A DNA stretch of 63,966 nucleotides, counting the filler. It is 7 parts of 7 records of this genome, joined end to end, with 100 filler letters (N's around TTAATTAATTAA, not from the genome) between each part and the next. Parts side by side here need not be neighbours in the genome. Positions count along the whole stretch, not along the records: positions 41,591 to 54,308 come from SRR20825010_6874; positions 54,409 to 57,850 come from SRR20825010_6880; positions 57,951 to 63,966 come from SRR20825010_6884; 4 more parts are not named here. One strand, 5' to 3'. The notes under the pieces are model-generated. The model was not told the DNA's origin, made no database searches, and saw nothing but the letters and a program-made list of their open reading frames with translations. Within the stretch, counting starts at the first letter, position 1. Each line of letters starts with the position of its first letter. Position numbers and translations under genes: made by a program. Positions 51,643-60,868 of this stretch are shown one piece after another.

Positions 51643-53433
51643 TTAATGCGCTTTTGAGCCAAGAACTTTGAAGCGATTCTTAATACTCTTCCAAATCGCC
51701 AAATAAAAGTCTGGCTCAAACAATCTCGCATCCTTTCTGGCCTGCCTTACAAAGAACAACCCAAAAGGAAGTAAGCATAGATTGGAAAACCAAGTTCCAA
51801 ATAATGGATCTGCAATACCTTCTTTGGCCCACTTCTCCCCTGTTATCGTCAACATATAATACACGATGAAGAATATGATAGAAATCAATACGGGCATACC
51901 TAATCCACCCTTTTTGATAATAGCTCCTAGTGGAGCACCTATCAAAAACATCGCAAAGCAGGCGAAAGCCTGAGTATATTTTTGATACCAAGCTATTTGG
52001 TACCTTCTATATTCCCTTTGATAGTTATCTATCTGGCTCATCTTGATATTAAATGAGTTCTTAAGGTTTCTAGAGTTGGTCAAGGCCATTGAGATTGCAC
52101 TCTTTTCATAGCCACGATTCTCTACAAGAGAGTCAATTCTTTCTCTTTCCATTTCAGTCAAAGCTGCGGTTCGTTCTACTTTGACCACTTCCTTTTTACT
52201 ATTGAGATTGGTGTCCAACTCTGCGAGCTTAATTTCTACCTTTTGTTCATTTTTGCCAGTAGGTTTAAGGAATAATGAATCATTGGATGAAACCTCATTA
52301 GAAATAGTGACAGTTTTTTTATCAATGATTAGGGAATCGCTATTTGTAGTCAGCGTCCGAGACTCAGGCTTATCAACTAGAATCGATGAAGTGTCTTTTT
52401 GTGCTAGATTTTTTGACTGTTCAAGAGAATCCAGTAGTTCTTTCTCCCTATTCATTTTTGCCATCCTAATGGAGTCATCCAAAAATTTTCGTTCGGCTAT
52501 TTTTGCTGAAGGTTTGAATTTTCTATCCCGTGTAAAAAATGGATAAATACTTTCAGCTTCCTGAAAACTCCTAAAGAGCTGCTCATTGACCAATGTTCCT
52601 ATGGAATCCAGACCTACCTTAATTTGCGATATATTTTTAATAGATCTGTTAGTGGACCAAGCATCTTCAGCTGTCCGATTAAGCTTGAATGTATTATTCA
52701 AGTCAAACACAATTTCATTTGTATCAAAAGATATCCTATCAAATTCAACGGGTTTCTCAACAATCCCCCTTGTTGGTTTAGATTCTCTATAATTCTGTCC
52801 ATGATATAAGGACAGCTTCATATAGTTCTCATTGAAAAACGGTTCCATCCTACCCGAATCAGCCAAAGTCACTTTTAAATTACCAGTTCTACCATCGGAA
52901 TGATCATAGATCAAAATGTCTTTGAGCCCAAATTCACCAACTTTTTCATTGACTTTGATACTATAACCTGGGATACCTGCGTAGAAAACCCCAGCTTTTA
53001 TATCCAAAGCAGGCGATTTCATCCGTATATCATAGAGCAAACTGAAGGTCTTAAGGTTAACCTTAGGTACTAGGTAATTATTTGAAAGATATGCTCCAAA
53101 AGCTAACACAATCACAAATACTCCAATCGGACGTAATGCTCTCAAAAGGGATATTCCGCTACTTTTAATTGCAGTAAGTTCAAAGTGCTCACCCAGATTT
53201 CCAAAGGTCATTAAGCTGGAAAGCAATACTGCTAACGGCAGTGCCATAGGAGATATACTGATAACAAAATACCCAATCAGCTCCATATAGATCCAAAAAC
53301 TCAGACCCTTCCCAAAAATCTCATCGAAGTATTTCAGCATGTTGACGGTCAACAGGATGAAATCCACGACAATAAAAGTCAATAAAAATGGGCCCAAAAA
53401 TGACCCAAGTATAAGTTTATCTAGTTTCTTCAT
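51643..53433 (-). CDS. LptF/LptG-family permease
   Basis: Motifs PLAVLLSSLMTFGNLGEHFELTAIKSSGISL and IGAPLGAIIKKGG. Confidence 0.9.
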   Translation of the reverse strand: MKKLDKLILGSFLGPFLLTFIVVDFILLTVNMLKYFDEIFGKGLSFWIYMELIGYFVISISPMALPLAVLLSSLMTFGNLGEHFELTAIKSSGISLLRALRPIGVFVIVLAFGAYLSNNYLVPKVNLKTFSLLYDIRMKSPALDIKAGVFYAGIPGYSIKVNEKVGEFGLKDILIYDHSDGRTGNLKVTLADSGRMEPFFNENYMKLSLYHGQNYRESKPTRGIVEKPVEFDRISFDTNEIVFDLNNTFKLNRTAEDAWSTNRSIKNISQIKVGLDSIGTLVNEQLFRSFQEAESIYPFFTRDRKFKPSAKIAERKFLDDSIRMAKMNREKELLDSLEQSKNLAQKDTSSILVDKPESRTLTTNSDSLIIDKKTVTISNEVSSNDSLFLKPTGKNEQKVEIKLAELDTNLNSKKEVVKVERTAALTEMERERIDSLVENRGYEKSAISMALTNSRNLKNSFNIKMSQIDNYQREYRRYQIAWYQKYTQAFACFAMFLIGAPLGAIIKKGGLGMPVLISIIFFIVYYMLTITGEKWAKEGIADPLFGTWFSNLCLLPFGLFFVRQARKDARLFEPDFYLAIWKSIKNRFKVLGSKAH

Positions 53434-53505
53434 TATTCAAACTGCTCACAAGGCAAGTACGGCAGCCTTGGAGCTGAAGTTCAAATTTGGTAAAATCAAT
53501 TGAGA

Positions 53506-53901
53506 TTACCCACCAATAATTTCTTTGAGTCTTCCTATTAGACCATGCCAGATGGAAATTAGTTCTTCATCATCATATCCATCAGAGTAATCGATCACTT
53601 TCAAAAACAAGGTTTGGGTGAGATCATTCTCTTCCAATTTAAATTCTATAAATGCATGATCTGACTCATCGGGGTTTTTAGGATCGTAAAATTCAAATTT
53701 CACGTGAGAATTACTGCGTTGAGAAGCTAGTCGCGCATAATGATCTTCTCTGTCGAAATTGAAAATATAGTTCTTATCCTCGTTTATTTTCACTTCATCT
53801 GCAAACCACTCTTCTAATCCACTCGCAGTACTTAAATAATGGAAAACTATTTTTTTGGAGGCATTGATTTGATAATCAGCTACAAACTTGTTTTTTACCA
53901 T
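53506..53901 (-). CDS. START-like/SRPBCC domain protein
   Basis: YLSTASGLEEWFAD motif and C-terminal helix W..LI..LK. Confidence 0.85.
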   Translation of the reverse strand: MVKNKFVADYQINASKKIVFHYLSTASGLEEWFADEVKINEDKNYIFNFDREDHYARLASQRSNSHVKFEFYDPKNPDESDHAFIEFKLEENDLTQTLFLKVIDYSDGYDDEELISIWHGLIGRLKEIIGG

Positions 53902-53952
53902 GATAATCGCTTTTACACTATGTAAAAAATCATTTTTTTAAAGAACGTCAAC

Positions 53953-53983
53953 TTGCATTTCACAGTACAAGACCTCATATTTG
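53953..53983 (+). promoter_or_regulatory. Putative promoter for the tRNA locus
   Basis: TTG-N20-CATATTTG, one mismatch to TAnnTTTG. Confidence 0.4.
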
Positions 53984-54160
53984 CATTCCCTTACGAAAGG
54001 GAGGTTTTCTGGGGTTGACAATATACGATTCTCGACCAAAGTGTTTTGATTCTCGAACGTGCTTTAATATAGGCATTAATTTCAAAAATCAATACCCAAA
54101 AAATGTTTCTACTAGGTTAGAAACTCATTGAAGTAATTGAACCGACATTAAAATATAAAT

Positions 54161-54249
54161 GGCGAGGTATCCCGATAGTTATCGGGAGCAGGATTCATAT
54201 CCGCTACGCCACGGCGAATAGGCGCGTCAGACGGGAGTTTAATTTTCCT
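54161..54249 (+). pseudogene. Degenerate tRNA-Met-like copy with the D-arm replaced by a palindrome
   Basis: GGCGAGGTA-[TCCCGATAGTTATCGGGA]-GCAGGATTCATA...GGGAGTTTAATTTTCCT; no matching 3' acceptor strand. Confidence 0.65.
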
Positions 54250-54278
54250 AATTGAAGTGTTAAAAAGAAATTATAAAT

Positions 54279-54308
54279 GGCGAGGTAGCTCAGTTGGTTA
54301 GAGCGCAG
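54279..54308 (+). tRNA. tRNA 5' part, probably tRNA-Met(CAT)
   Basis: GGCGAGG-TA-GCTC-AGTTGGTTA-GAGC-GCAG, truncated by the linker. The anticodon is inferred only from the upstream copy (GCAGGA-TTCATA). Confidence 0.8.
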
Positions 54309-54408
54309 NNNNNNNNNNNNNNNNNNNNNNNNNNNNNNNNNNNNNNNNNNNNTTAATTAATTAANNNNNNNNNNNNNNNNNNNNNNNNNNNNNNNNNNNN
54401 NNNNNNNN
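54309..54408. other. Artificial contig linker
   Basis: N44-TTAATTAATTAA-N44. Confidence 0.99.
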
Positions 54409-54691
54409 GCTTTTCCGAATAGGTATGCTTGCCCGCCGCAAGCGCCCGCAGACCCACCTCGACATGGGCGCGCGGAATGGTCAGGTTGAGGATGATCTCG
54501 ACCTTGGGATCGGTCAGCAGCGCATCGATCGTGCTGGCGGGCACATTGAATTCGGCCGCCTTCGCCTCGGCCGCCGCCTGGTTGAGGTCGGCGATGCCGC
54601 GGATGCCGAGAATGTCGAATCCGGCCATCGCCTTCAGATAGGCGGCCGAAATATTGCCGCATCCGATGATGCCGATACCGATTTTTTCCAT
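54409..54691 (-). CDS. Gfo/Idh/MocA oxidoreductase (3' truncated)
   Basis: Rossmann motif GIIGCGNIS, NLTIP..H and GKHTYSEK. Confidence 0.9.
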
Positions 54692-54725
54692 TTTTCACTC
54701 CTCCCGAAAGCGTTGTGCCCGAAGT

Positions 54726-55925
54726 TCAAAGCGCCGGACCGGTTGTGCTCCATGGCGATTCATACAGTTCGTAAAGCGCGACGGCGGCCGCTCCCCGGGC
54801 CCAGAAAAAATCCGTCGCGTCATCGAAGATCAGCTCGCTGACATCGCTGAGCGACGGCGGGATCGCGCTGTTGAAGGCCTTGGTCAGCCTGTCGATGAAC
54901 GGTTTTCCAAGGGCGAGGCTGGAGCCCACCAGAATGACGCGCGGGGGCGCGAAAAGCGTGACGATATTGGCCACCGTCACGCCCACGGCATCGCCGGCGC
55001 GCTCTGCCGCCGACATGATCTGCGCGTCCTTGGCCTCGATCAGCGTCTGGACATGTGAAATGCCCCGGCCGAGCCGAACGGCATCGGCGTAAAGCCCTTC
55101 GCGCGGTCCGTCGCCGAGGATCGCGCTTTCGCCGGCAAGGCTTGCCAACCGCGACATGCTGTCGGCGCTGCTGCCGAGCACGAGGTCGCCGAGATTGTGG
55201 CTGAGCCCGCCCGCCCCGCGAAACAGCTGGCTGTTGTGCAGGACGCCGAGACCCAGCGTCCGCTCCAGCGATATCAGCACCATGTCCTCCAGGTGGCGGG
55301 CCTTGCCGAACCAGTGATGGGCAAGGGTCACCGCGTGAACGTCGCTTTCAACGATCGTCCTGATGCCGAAGCGCGGCGACATGACGGCGGCGAAATCCAC
55401 ATTCGCGTCGCTGAAGATCGGACTGGAGCGCACGATGCCGGTACGATGCTCGACCACGCCGGGAATGCCGAGACAGATCATGTCGATCTCGGAAAGCGTC
55501 AGCCCGGTATCCATCACGCAGGCGCGCACGCCGTCTTCCACCAGATCGGCGATGACATCGATCGGCATGCGGTCGATGCGCACCGGCAGGGAAAATTCCG
55601 AAAGCACCTCGCCGCAGAAATCGGCAACCACAAATGTCATCCGCGTGGCCGCGATCTTCGCGCCGACAACCCTTGATGCATCGGGGTTGAGCTCGAGCAT
55701 CACCCGGGGGCGGCCGCGCACCGCGGCATTGCGCAGGTCGCCTTCGTGACGCGACAGGATGAGGCCATCGTCGATCAGCGACCCCGTGATCGCCGAGACC
55801 GTGCTGGTCGACAGTTCGGTGCGCTTGCTGATCTCGATGCGCGCGATCGGGCCATTGCGCCGGATCGTGTCCAGCACGCTCAACCGGTTGATTGCTCGCA
55901 TCAATTCAGGATCAGCGGTCTTCAT
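54726..55925 (-). CDS. ROK-family transcriptional repressor (NagC/XylR-like)
   Basis: N-terminal winged HTH (RAINRLSVL...LSTSTVS), GRP motif and a ROK sugar-binding domain. Confidence 0.92.
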   Translation of the reverse strand: MKTADPELMRAINRLSVLDTIRRNGPIARIEISKRTELSTSTVSAITGSLIDDGLILSRHEGDLRNAAVRGRPRVMLELNPDASRVVGAKIAATRMTFVVADFCGEVLSEFSLPVRIDRMPIDVIADLVEDGVRACVMDTGLTLSEIDMICLGIPGVVEHRTGIVRSSPIFSDANVDFAAVMSPRFGIRTIVESDVHAVTLAHHWFGKARHLEDMVLISLERTLGLGVLHNSQLFRGAGGLSHNLGDLVLGSSADSMSRLASLAGESAILGDGPREGLYADAVRLGRGISHVQTLIEAKDAQIMSAAERAGDAVGVTVANIVTLFAPPRVILVGSSLALGKPFIDRLTKAFNSAIPPSLSDVSELIFDDATDFFWARGAAAVALYELYESPWSTTGPAL

Positions 55926-55959
55926 GAAGGCTCGTCGGGCAGGTTCAGGACAGGTTTTA

Positions 55960-55982
55960 ATTTTTCCGCGTTGCGAAATAAT
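55960..55982. promoter_or_regulatory. Candidate ROK operator
   Basis: 23-nt quasi-palindrome ATTTTTCCGCGTTGCGAAATAAT, in the style of NagC/Mlc operators, in the divergent intergenic region. Confidence 0.5.
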
Positions 55983-56152
55983 TGATGTTCGTTTTTAGTC
56001 CTGCGCATGCGACGGATGCAAGCTATTTTTGCACGACATGGCTATTTTTAAGGCGGTTTGCCTCGTTGTTGGCAGATTCGGGTTGACAAAATTCAGGTAC
56101 CGACATTTATTTAATCCGGAGACTGCAAAAAGTACTTTGGGAGGAGTGCGAT

Positions 56153-57445
56153 ATGTCAATTACTGCCAAATGGCTTCGTCATGGCGCCGCCGCCGCCGGC
56201 TTTGCGGCCCTGGCGGCGAGCGCAAATACGGCCTCTGCCGAAACCGTCATCAAATGGCTTCATCTGGAAAATCAGGAGCCGGTCGTGGAAGTCTGGCGCC
56301 AAGTCGCCGATGAGTTCGAACAGGCCAATCCCGGCGTCACGATCGAGATGCAGTTTCTCGAAAACCAGGCCTTCAAGGCCAAGCTTCCGACATTGCTGCA
56401 ATCGTCCGAAATCCCCAGCCTGTTCTACACCTGGGGCGGCGGCGTCCTGAAAGCCCAGTCGGAAACCGGCGTCCTCAGGGACATCTCGACGGCGCTCGAC
56501 GCCGACAACAACAAATGGCGCGACACGCTGAAGCCGTCCTCCATTGCCGGGATGACGTATGATGACAAGGTCTGGGCTGCCCCGGTCCTCAACGGCGTCG
56601 TCTCGTTCTTCTACAACAAGGAATTGTTCGACAAGGCGGGCGTGGACGGCGCCTCGATCGAAACCTGGAGCGACTTGATGGGCGCTGTGACGACCCTGAA
56701 GGACGCCGGGATCACGCCGATTGCCGGCGGCGGCGGCGACAAGTGGCCGATCCATTTCTACTGGGGCTATCTCGCCATGCGCGAGGCCGGCCATGACGGT
56801 TTCATGGCGGCCAAGGCCGGCGAGAACGGCGGTTTTGCGGGCGAGCCCTTCGTCGCGGCCGGCGAGAAACTTGCCGAACTCGGCGCGCTGGAACCCTTCC
56901 AGAACGGCTATCTCGGTGCGACCTGGAACGATGCGCTTGCCACCTTCGGCGACGGTCGCGCGGCGATGATCCTGTCGTTTGAAAACACCGGCCGGACCCA
57001 GATCAGCAATGCCACCGATGGCAAGGGGCTTGCGGAAGACAATATCGGCCGCTTCGCCTTTCCCGTCATTGAAGGCGCGCCGGGTCTTGTCACCGACAAT
57101 ATGGGTGGCCTGACCGGCTGGGCCGTCACCCGGGACGCGCCGCCCGAAACCGAGAAATTCCTCGAATACTACACCAGCCCGGATGTCGCCCGCAGGATAT
57201 CGGCTGTTCAGAAGGTCATTCCGGTCACGATCGGCGTTGCCGATTCGATCACCGATCCGCTTCTGAAGAGCAGCGCCGAGGCGCTGGCCGGGGAAACCTG
57301 GCACCAGAACTATCTCGATCAGGATCTCGGGCCCAATGTCGGCGCGGTGGTCAATGACATGAGCGCCGCGATCGTCTCCGGAGCGACGTCCCCGGAAGAT
57401 GCTGCCCGGCAGATCCAGGACACCTACGAACTGGAAAACATGTAG
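56153..57445 (+). CDS. Carbohydrate ABC transporter substrate-binding protein
   Basis: Signal peptide (ASA|ET); motifs FEQANPGVTI, FFYNKELFDKAG and FGDGRAAM. Confidence 0.92.
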   Translation: MSITAKWLRHGAAAAGFAALAASANTASAETVIKWLHLENQEPVVEVWRQVADEFEQANPGVTIEMQFLENQAFKAKLPTLLQSSEIPSLFYTWGGGVLKAQSETGVLRDISTALDADNNKWRDTLKPSSIAGMTYDDKVWAAPVLNGVVSFFYNKELFDKAGVDGASIETWSDLMGAVTTLKDAGITPIAGGGGDKWPIHFYWGYLAMREAGHDGFMAAKAGENGGFAGEPFVAAGEKLAELGALEPFQNGYLGATWNDALATFGDGRAAMILSFENTGRTQISNATDGKGLAEDNIGRFAFPVIEGAPGLVTDNMGGLTGWAVTRDAPPETEKFLEYYTSPDVARRISAVQKVIPVTIGVADSITDPLLKSSAEALAGETWHQNYLDQDLGPNVGAVVNDMSAAIVSGATSPEDAARQIQDTYELENM

Positions 57446-57454
57446 TTCCCTGTT

Positions 57455-57480
57455 CCGGGCGCCGCTTCGGCGGTGCCCGG
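57455..57480 (+). promoter_or_regulatory. Stable intercistronic hairpin after the SBP gene
   Basis: CCGGGCGCCGC-TTCG-GCGGTGCCCGG with a cUUCGg tetraloop and no U tail. Confidence 0.7.
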
Positions 57481-57603
57481 CATTCAAGGCTCCTGATGTC
57501 CGGGGATCCGCCAGCCGCCGTTTTCACGAAAATCCGACGGCGACGTTCCACCCCCGGCCGCACGGGCAAGGCGGCAGACCGCCGCCGCACTGCATGCGGG
57601 AAA

Positions 57604-57850
57604 ATGCCAATGACAACCACCGATTCCATCCTGCCCGCGCCGGTCGGGCCTGCCCCCGGCGGGCTCAGAAAGCGGCGCTCGCTGGCCCATACCAAATGGC
57701 CGGTGCTGATCATCTTCATGCCGCCGGCGCTGGTGTTGTTCACGCTGCTCGTCATCCTGCCGATGGGCGAGGCGGCCTGGTATTCCTTCTTCCACTGGAA
57801 CGGCTACGGAGAGCCGAGCAAGTGGGTGGATTTCCGCAATTATCAGCTCA
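57604..57850 (+). CDS. Carbohydrate ABC permease (3' truncated)
   Basis: FMPPALVLF...YSFFHWNG...WVDFRNY, a MalF-type N-terminus. Confidence 0.88.
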
Positions 57851-57950
57851 NNNNNNNNNNNNNNNNNNNNNNNNNNNNNNNNNNNNNNNNNNNNTTAATT
57901 AATTAANNNNNNNNNNNNNNNNNNNNNNNNNNNNNNNNNNNNNNNNNNNN
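57851..57950. other. Artificial contig linker
   Basis: N44-TTAATTAATTAA-N44. Confidence 0.99.
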
Positions 57951-58364
57951 AGTATTTCCTGAAGTATTTACAGAAATAAATCCTCCAGCTTGTTGAATTC
58001 TATCAAAAGAGCTTCTATCTACTACCAAATCCTTTATCACAGGAAATGCTTTAGCGCGGAAAGGTTCAATAACAATAGTATCGCCATCGCTAAACATACG
58101 CATATGCAACTGGCAGGTAGTAACCAAACGGTCTGGACCATGAGGCTCACCATTAATTTGTAGCGAGCAACTTCCGCAAATACCTTCACGGCAATCATGA
58201 TCAAAAACCACAGGTTCTTCACCTTTATTAATCAAATCTTCGTTGAGAACGTCTAGCATTTCTAAAAAAGACATATCCCCTTCTACTCCGTCAATAGGAT
58301 ATGTTTTTAGTTCTCCCTTTGTAGCTGCGTTTTTTTGACGCCAAATTTTTAAAGTAAGTTTCAT
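57951..58364 (-). CDS. sdhB: Succinate dehydrogenase/fumarate reductase Fe-S subunit (3' truncated)
   Basis: 2Fe-2S motif [10 protein letters not shown]...TTCQL. Confidence 0.95.
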
Positions 58365-58420
58365 AATTTCATATATATGTAACTCATTGCTGAGATTGAA
58401 TATTTATTCTTTTAAAAAAA

Positions 58421-58444
58421 TAAGTTATTAGGTTATTATGTTAT
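58421..58444. repeat. Three 8-nt repeats directly 3' of the four-helix-bundle gene
   Basis: TAAGTTAT TAGGTTAT TATGTTAT, abutting the stop codon at 58445-58447. Confidence 0.85.
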
Positions 58445-58819
58445 TTAGCCTTTACGGTTTTGAAGGTATTTTATGTACCCATTCAAAATCAATAAAGTTT
58501 TATCATGAACAATTCTAAGCTCATTTAATGTTTCTTCTGAAATATAACCTTCATCCAATGCTATTATTCCATGATCCAATGTTTCATTCAAGGAACCTCT
58601 TCCCATTCTACAAAACTGAATGTTCTCTTGAAAGTGAAATCGACCAAAACCTTCGGCTATATTATTCCCTACTGATCTTGAAGAACGCATTATTTGTGAC
58701 GTTAATCCAAACTTTTCAGAAGAGGGAAATTTTGAAACCATTTCATCTTTCACAAAATTTCGAAGAACACGGGCTGCCTTCCAACATTCCAATTCTTCAA
58801 AAGATTGAAAACTTCCCAT
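58445..58819 (-). CDS. Four helix bundle protein (23S rRNA IVP / TIGR02436-like)
   Basis: Family signature FEELECWK, FPSSEKFGLTSQIMRSSRSVGNNIAEGFGR, RGSLNET and LNGYIKYL. Confidence 0.93.
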   Translation of the reverse strand: MGSFQSFEELECWKAARVLRNFVKDEMVSKFPSSEKFGLTSQIMRSSRSVGNNIAEGFGRFHFQENIQFCRMGRGSLNETLDHGIIALDEGYISEETLNELRIVHDKTLLILNGYIKYLQNRKG

Positions 58820-58824
58820 AATAA

Positions 58825-58856
58825 ATAACTCAATAACTTAGTAACACAGTAACTTA
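58825..58856. repeat. Four 8-nt repeats 5' of the four-helix-bundle gene, inverted relative to 58421-58444
   Basis: ATAACTCA ATAACTTA GTAACACA GTAACTTA. ATAACTTA is the exact reverse complement of TAAGTTAT. Confidence 0.85.
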
Positions 58857-60857
58857 TTTATAACTTCTCGATTTAACTTCTATATTTTCGTATTCCAATG
58901 CTTCTTTATGTAGCACCTCATTTCCTGGATCTCCAGTGTATTCCCATGCGGCAACATACATAAAGTTTTCGTCATCACGAAGGGCTTCCCCTTCTTCAGT
59001 TTGGTATTCTTCACGGAAGTGACCTCCACAAGATTCGTTTCTATGAAGCGCATCTTTTGCAAATAATTCACCCAACTCTAAGAAATCTGCTACACGTGTT
59101 GCTTTTTCAAGCTCTGCATTCATTTCGTCCATGCCGCCTGGAATTTTTACATCTTTCCAGAATTCTTCACGAAGCGCTCTAATTTCTGTCATTGCAGATT
59201 TTAAGTCTTCCGCATTACGTGCCATTCCACATTTATCCCACATAATGTGGCCTAATTTTTTATGGAAATAATCTACAGAATGCGTACCATTATTATTTAC
59301 CAACTTCCCTAAAAGTTCACGAACTTTATTTTCAGCTTCATCAAATTCTTTACTGTCGGTAGGTATTTTTCCTGTTTTAATATCTTTTGAAAGGTAATCA
59401 CCAATTGTATATGGTAAAACAAAGTAACCATCTGCCAAACCTTGCATCAATGCCGAAGCTCCCAAACGGTTAGCACCGTGATCGCTAAAATTAGCTTCAC
59501 CAGTTACATAACATCCTGGAATTGTAGACTGCAAGTTGTAATCTACCCAAATACCACCCATGGTGTAATGCACCGCAGGGTAAATCATCATTGGGCTTTC
59601 GTATGGATTTTCATCTACGATCTTTTCGTACATCTGGAATAGGTTTCCGTATTTATTTTCGATAACCTGCTTTCCTAATTTTGTTATTTCTTCTGTACTC
59701 GGGTTGTGGTTTCCGTGAATTGCAGCTTGTTCTTTTCCGTAACGTTCAATTGCAGAAGCAAAATCAAGGAAAACAGCTTGTCCCGTTTTATTTACACCAT
59801 AACCTGCATCACATCTTTCTTTTGCTGCACGCGAAGCAACATCACGCGGCACCAAGTTTCCAAAAGATGGATATCTTCTTTCTAAGTAGTAGTCTCTTTC
59901 GTCTGCTGAAAGGTCGTTTGGTTTTTTACTACCGTTTCTAATGGCTTCAACGTCTTTTTTATGCTTAGGCACCCAAATTCTACCATCATTTCGAAGTGAT
60001 TCAGACATCAAAGTCAATTTACTTTGGTGATCTCCAGAAACAGGAATACAAGTTGGGTGAATTTGTGTGTAGCAAGGATTCGCGAAATACGCGCCTCTTT
60101 TATGAATTTTCCAAGAAGCAGTTACGTTACTTCCCATGGCGTTGGTTGAAAGGAAAAATACATTTCCGTAACCTCCAGAAGCAATAACCACAGCATGTGC
60201 GGAATGTCTTTCAATTTTTCCTGAAACTAAATCGCGGGCTATAATTCCTCTTGCTTTACCATCAACAATTACCAAATCGAGCATTTCGTGACGGTTATAC
60301 GGGGTAATTTTTCCACGGTTAATCTGACGGTTCATTGCAGAATACGCACCAAGAAGTAGTTGCTGACCCGTTTGTCCTTTCGCATAAAAGGTACGTGAAA
60401 CTAAAACCCCTCCAAAAGAACGGTTGTCTAGCATTCCCCCATATTCACGTGCAAAAGGAACACCTTGTGCAACGCATTGGTCAATAATATTTGCTGAAAC
60501 CTCAGCAAGACGGTATACGTTTCCTTCGCGAGAACGGTAATCGCCACCTTTTACGGTATCGTAAAATAGTCTATAGTTTGAATCGCCATCGCCTTGATAA
60601 TTTTTCGCGGCATTAATACCTCCTTGCGCGGCAATAGAGTGCGCGCGGCGTGGAGAATCTTGATAGCAAAATGTTTTTACGTTATAGCCTAATTCTGCAA
60701 GTGTTGCTGCGGCACTTCCACCAGCAAGACCTGTTCCTACTACAATTACGTCTATACTACGCTTGTTGGCAGGGTTAACTAGATTAATATCATTTTTATG
60801 ATTTGTCCACTTCTCGGCTAAGGGTCCTTTTGGAATTTTGGAATCTAATTTCGACAT
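58854..60857 (-). CDS. sdhA: Succinate dehydrogenase/fumarate reductase flavoprotein
   Basis: Motifs [16 protein letters not shown] (covalent FAD His), HYTMGG, HGANRLG and [10 protein letters not shown]. Confidence 0.96.
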   Translation of the reverse strand: MSKLDSKIPKGPLAEKWTNHKNDINLVNPANKRSIDVIVVGTGLAGGSAAATLAELGYNVKTFCYQDSPRRAHSIAAQGGINAAKNYQGDGDSNYRLFYDTVKGGDYRSREGNVYRLAEVSANIIDQCVAQGVPFAREYGGMLDNRSFGGVLVSRTFYAKGQTGQQLLLGAYSAMNRQINRGKITPYNRHEMLDLVIVDGKARGIIARDLVSGKIERHSAHAVVIASGGYGNVFFLSTNAMGSNVTASWKIHKRGAYFANPCYTQIHPTCIPVSGDHQSKLTLMSESLRNDGRIWVPKHKKDVEAIRNGSKKPNDLSADERDYYLERRYPSFGNLVPRDVASRAAKERCDAGYGVNKTGQAVFLDFASAIERYGKEQAAIHGNHNPSTEEITKLGKQVIENKYGNLFQMYEKIVDENPYESPMMIYPAVHYTMGGIWVDYNLQSTIPGCYVTGEANFSDHGANRLGASALMQGLADGYFVLPYTIGDYLSKDIKTGKIPTDSKEFDEAENKVRELLGKLVNNNGTHSVDYFHKKLGHIMWDKCGMARNAEDLKSAMTEIRALREEFWKDVKIPGGMDEMNAELEKATRVADFLELGELFAKDALHRNESCGGHFREEYQTEEGEALRDDENFMYVAAWEYTGDPGNEVLHKEALEYENIEVKSRSYK

Positions 60858-60868
60858 CGCTTTTTCTT

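Noticed and set aside
54027-54056. Direct repeat GATTCTCGA x2 in the tRNA leader
   Set aside because: Only two 9-nt copies, with no supporting structure.
56156-57487. 443-aa ORF antisense to the ABC SBP
   Set aside because: High-GC shadow ORF.
58445-58819. Diversity-generating retroelement implied by the bAvd-like gene
   Set aside because: No reverse transcriptase or TR/VR repeat pair is visible in this contig.
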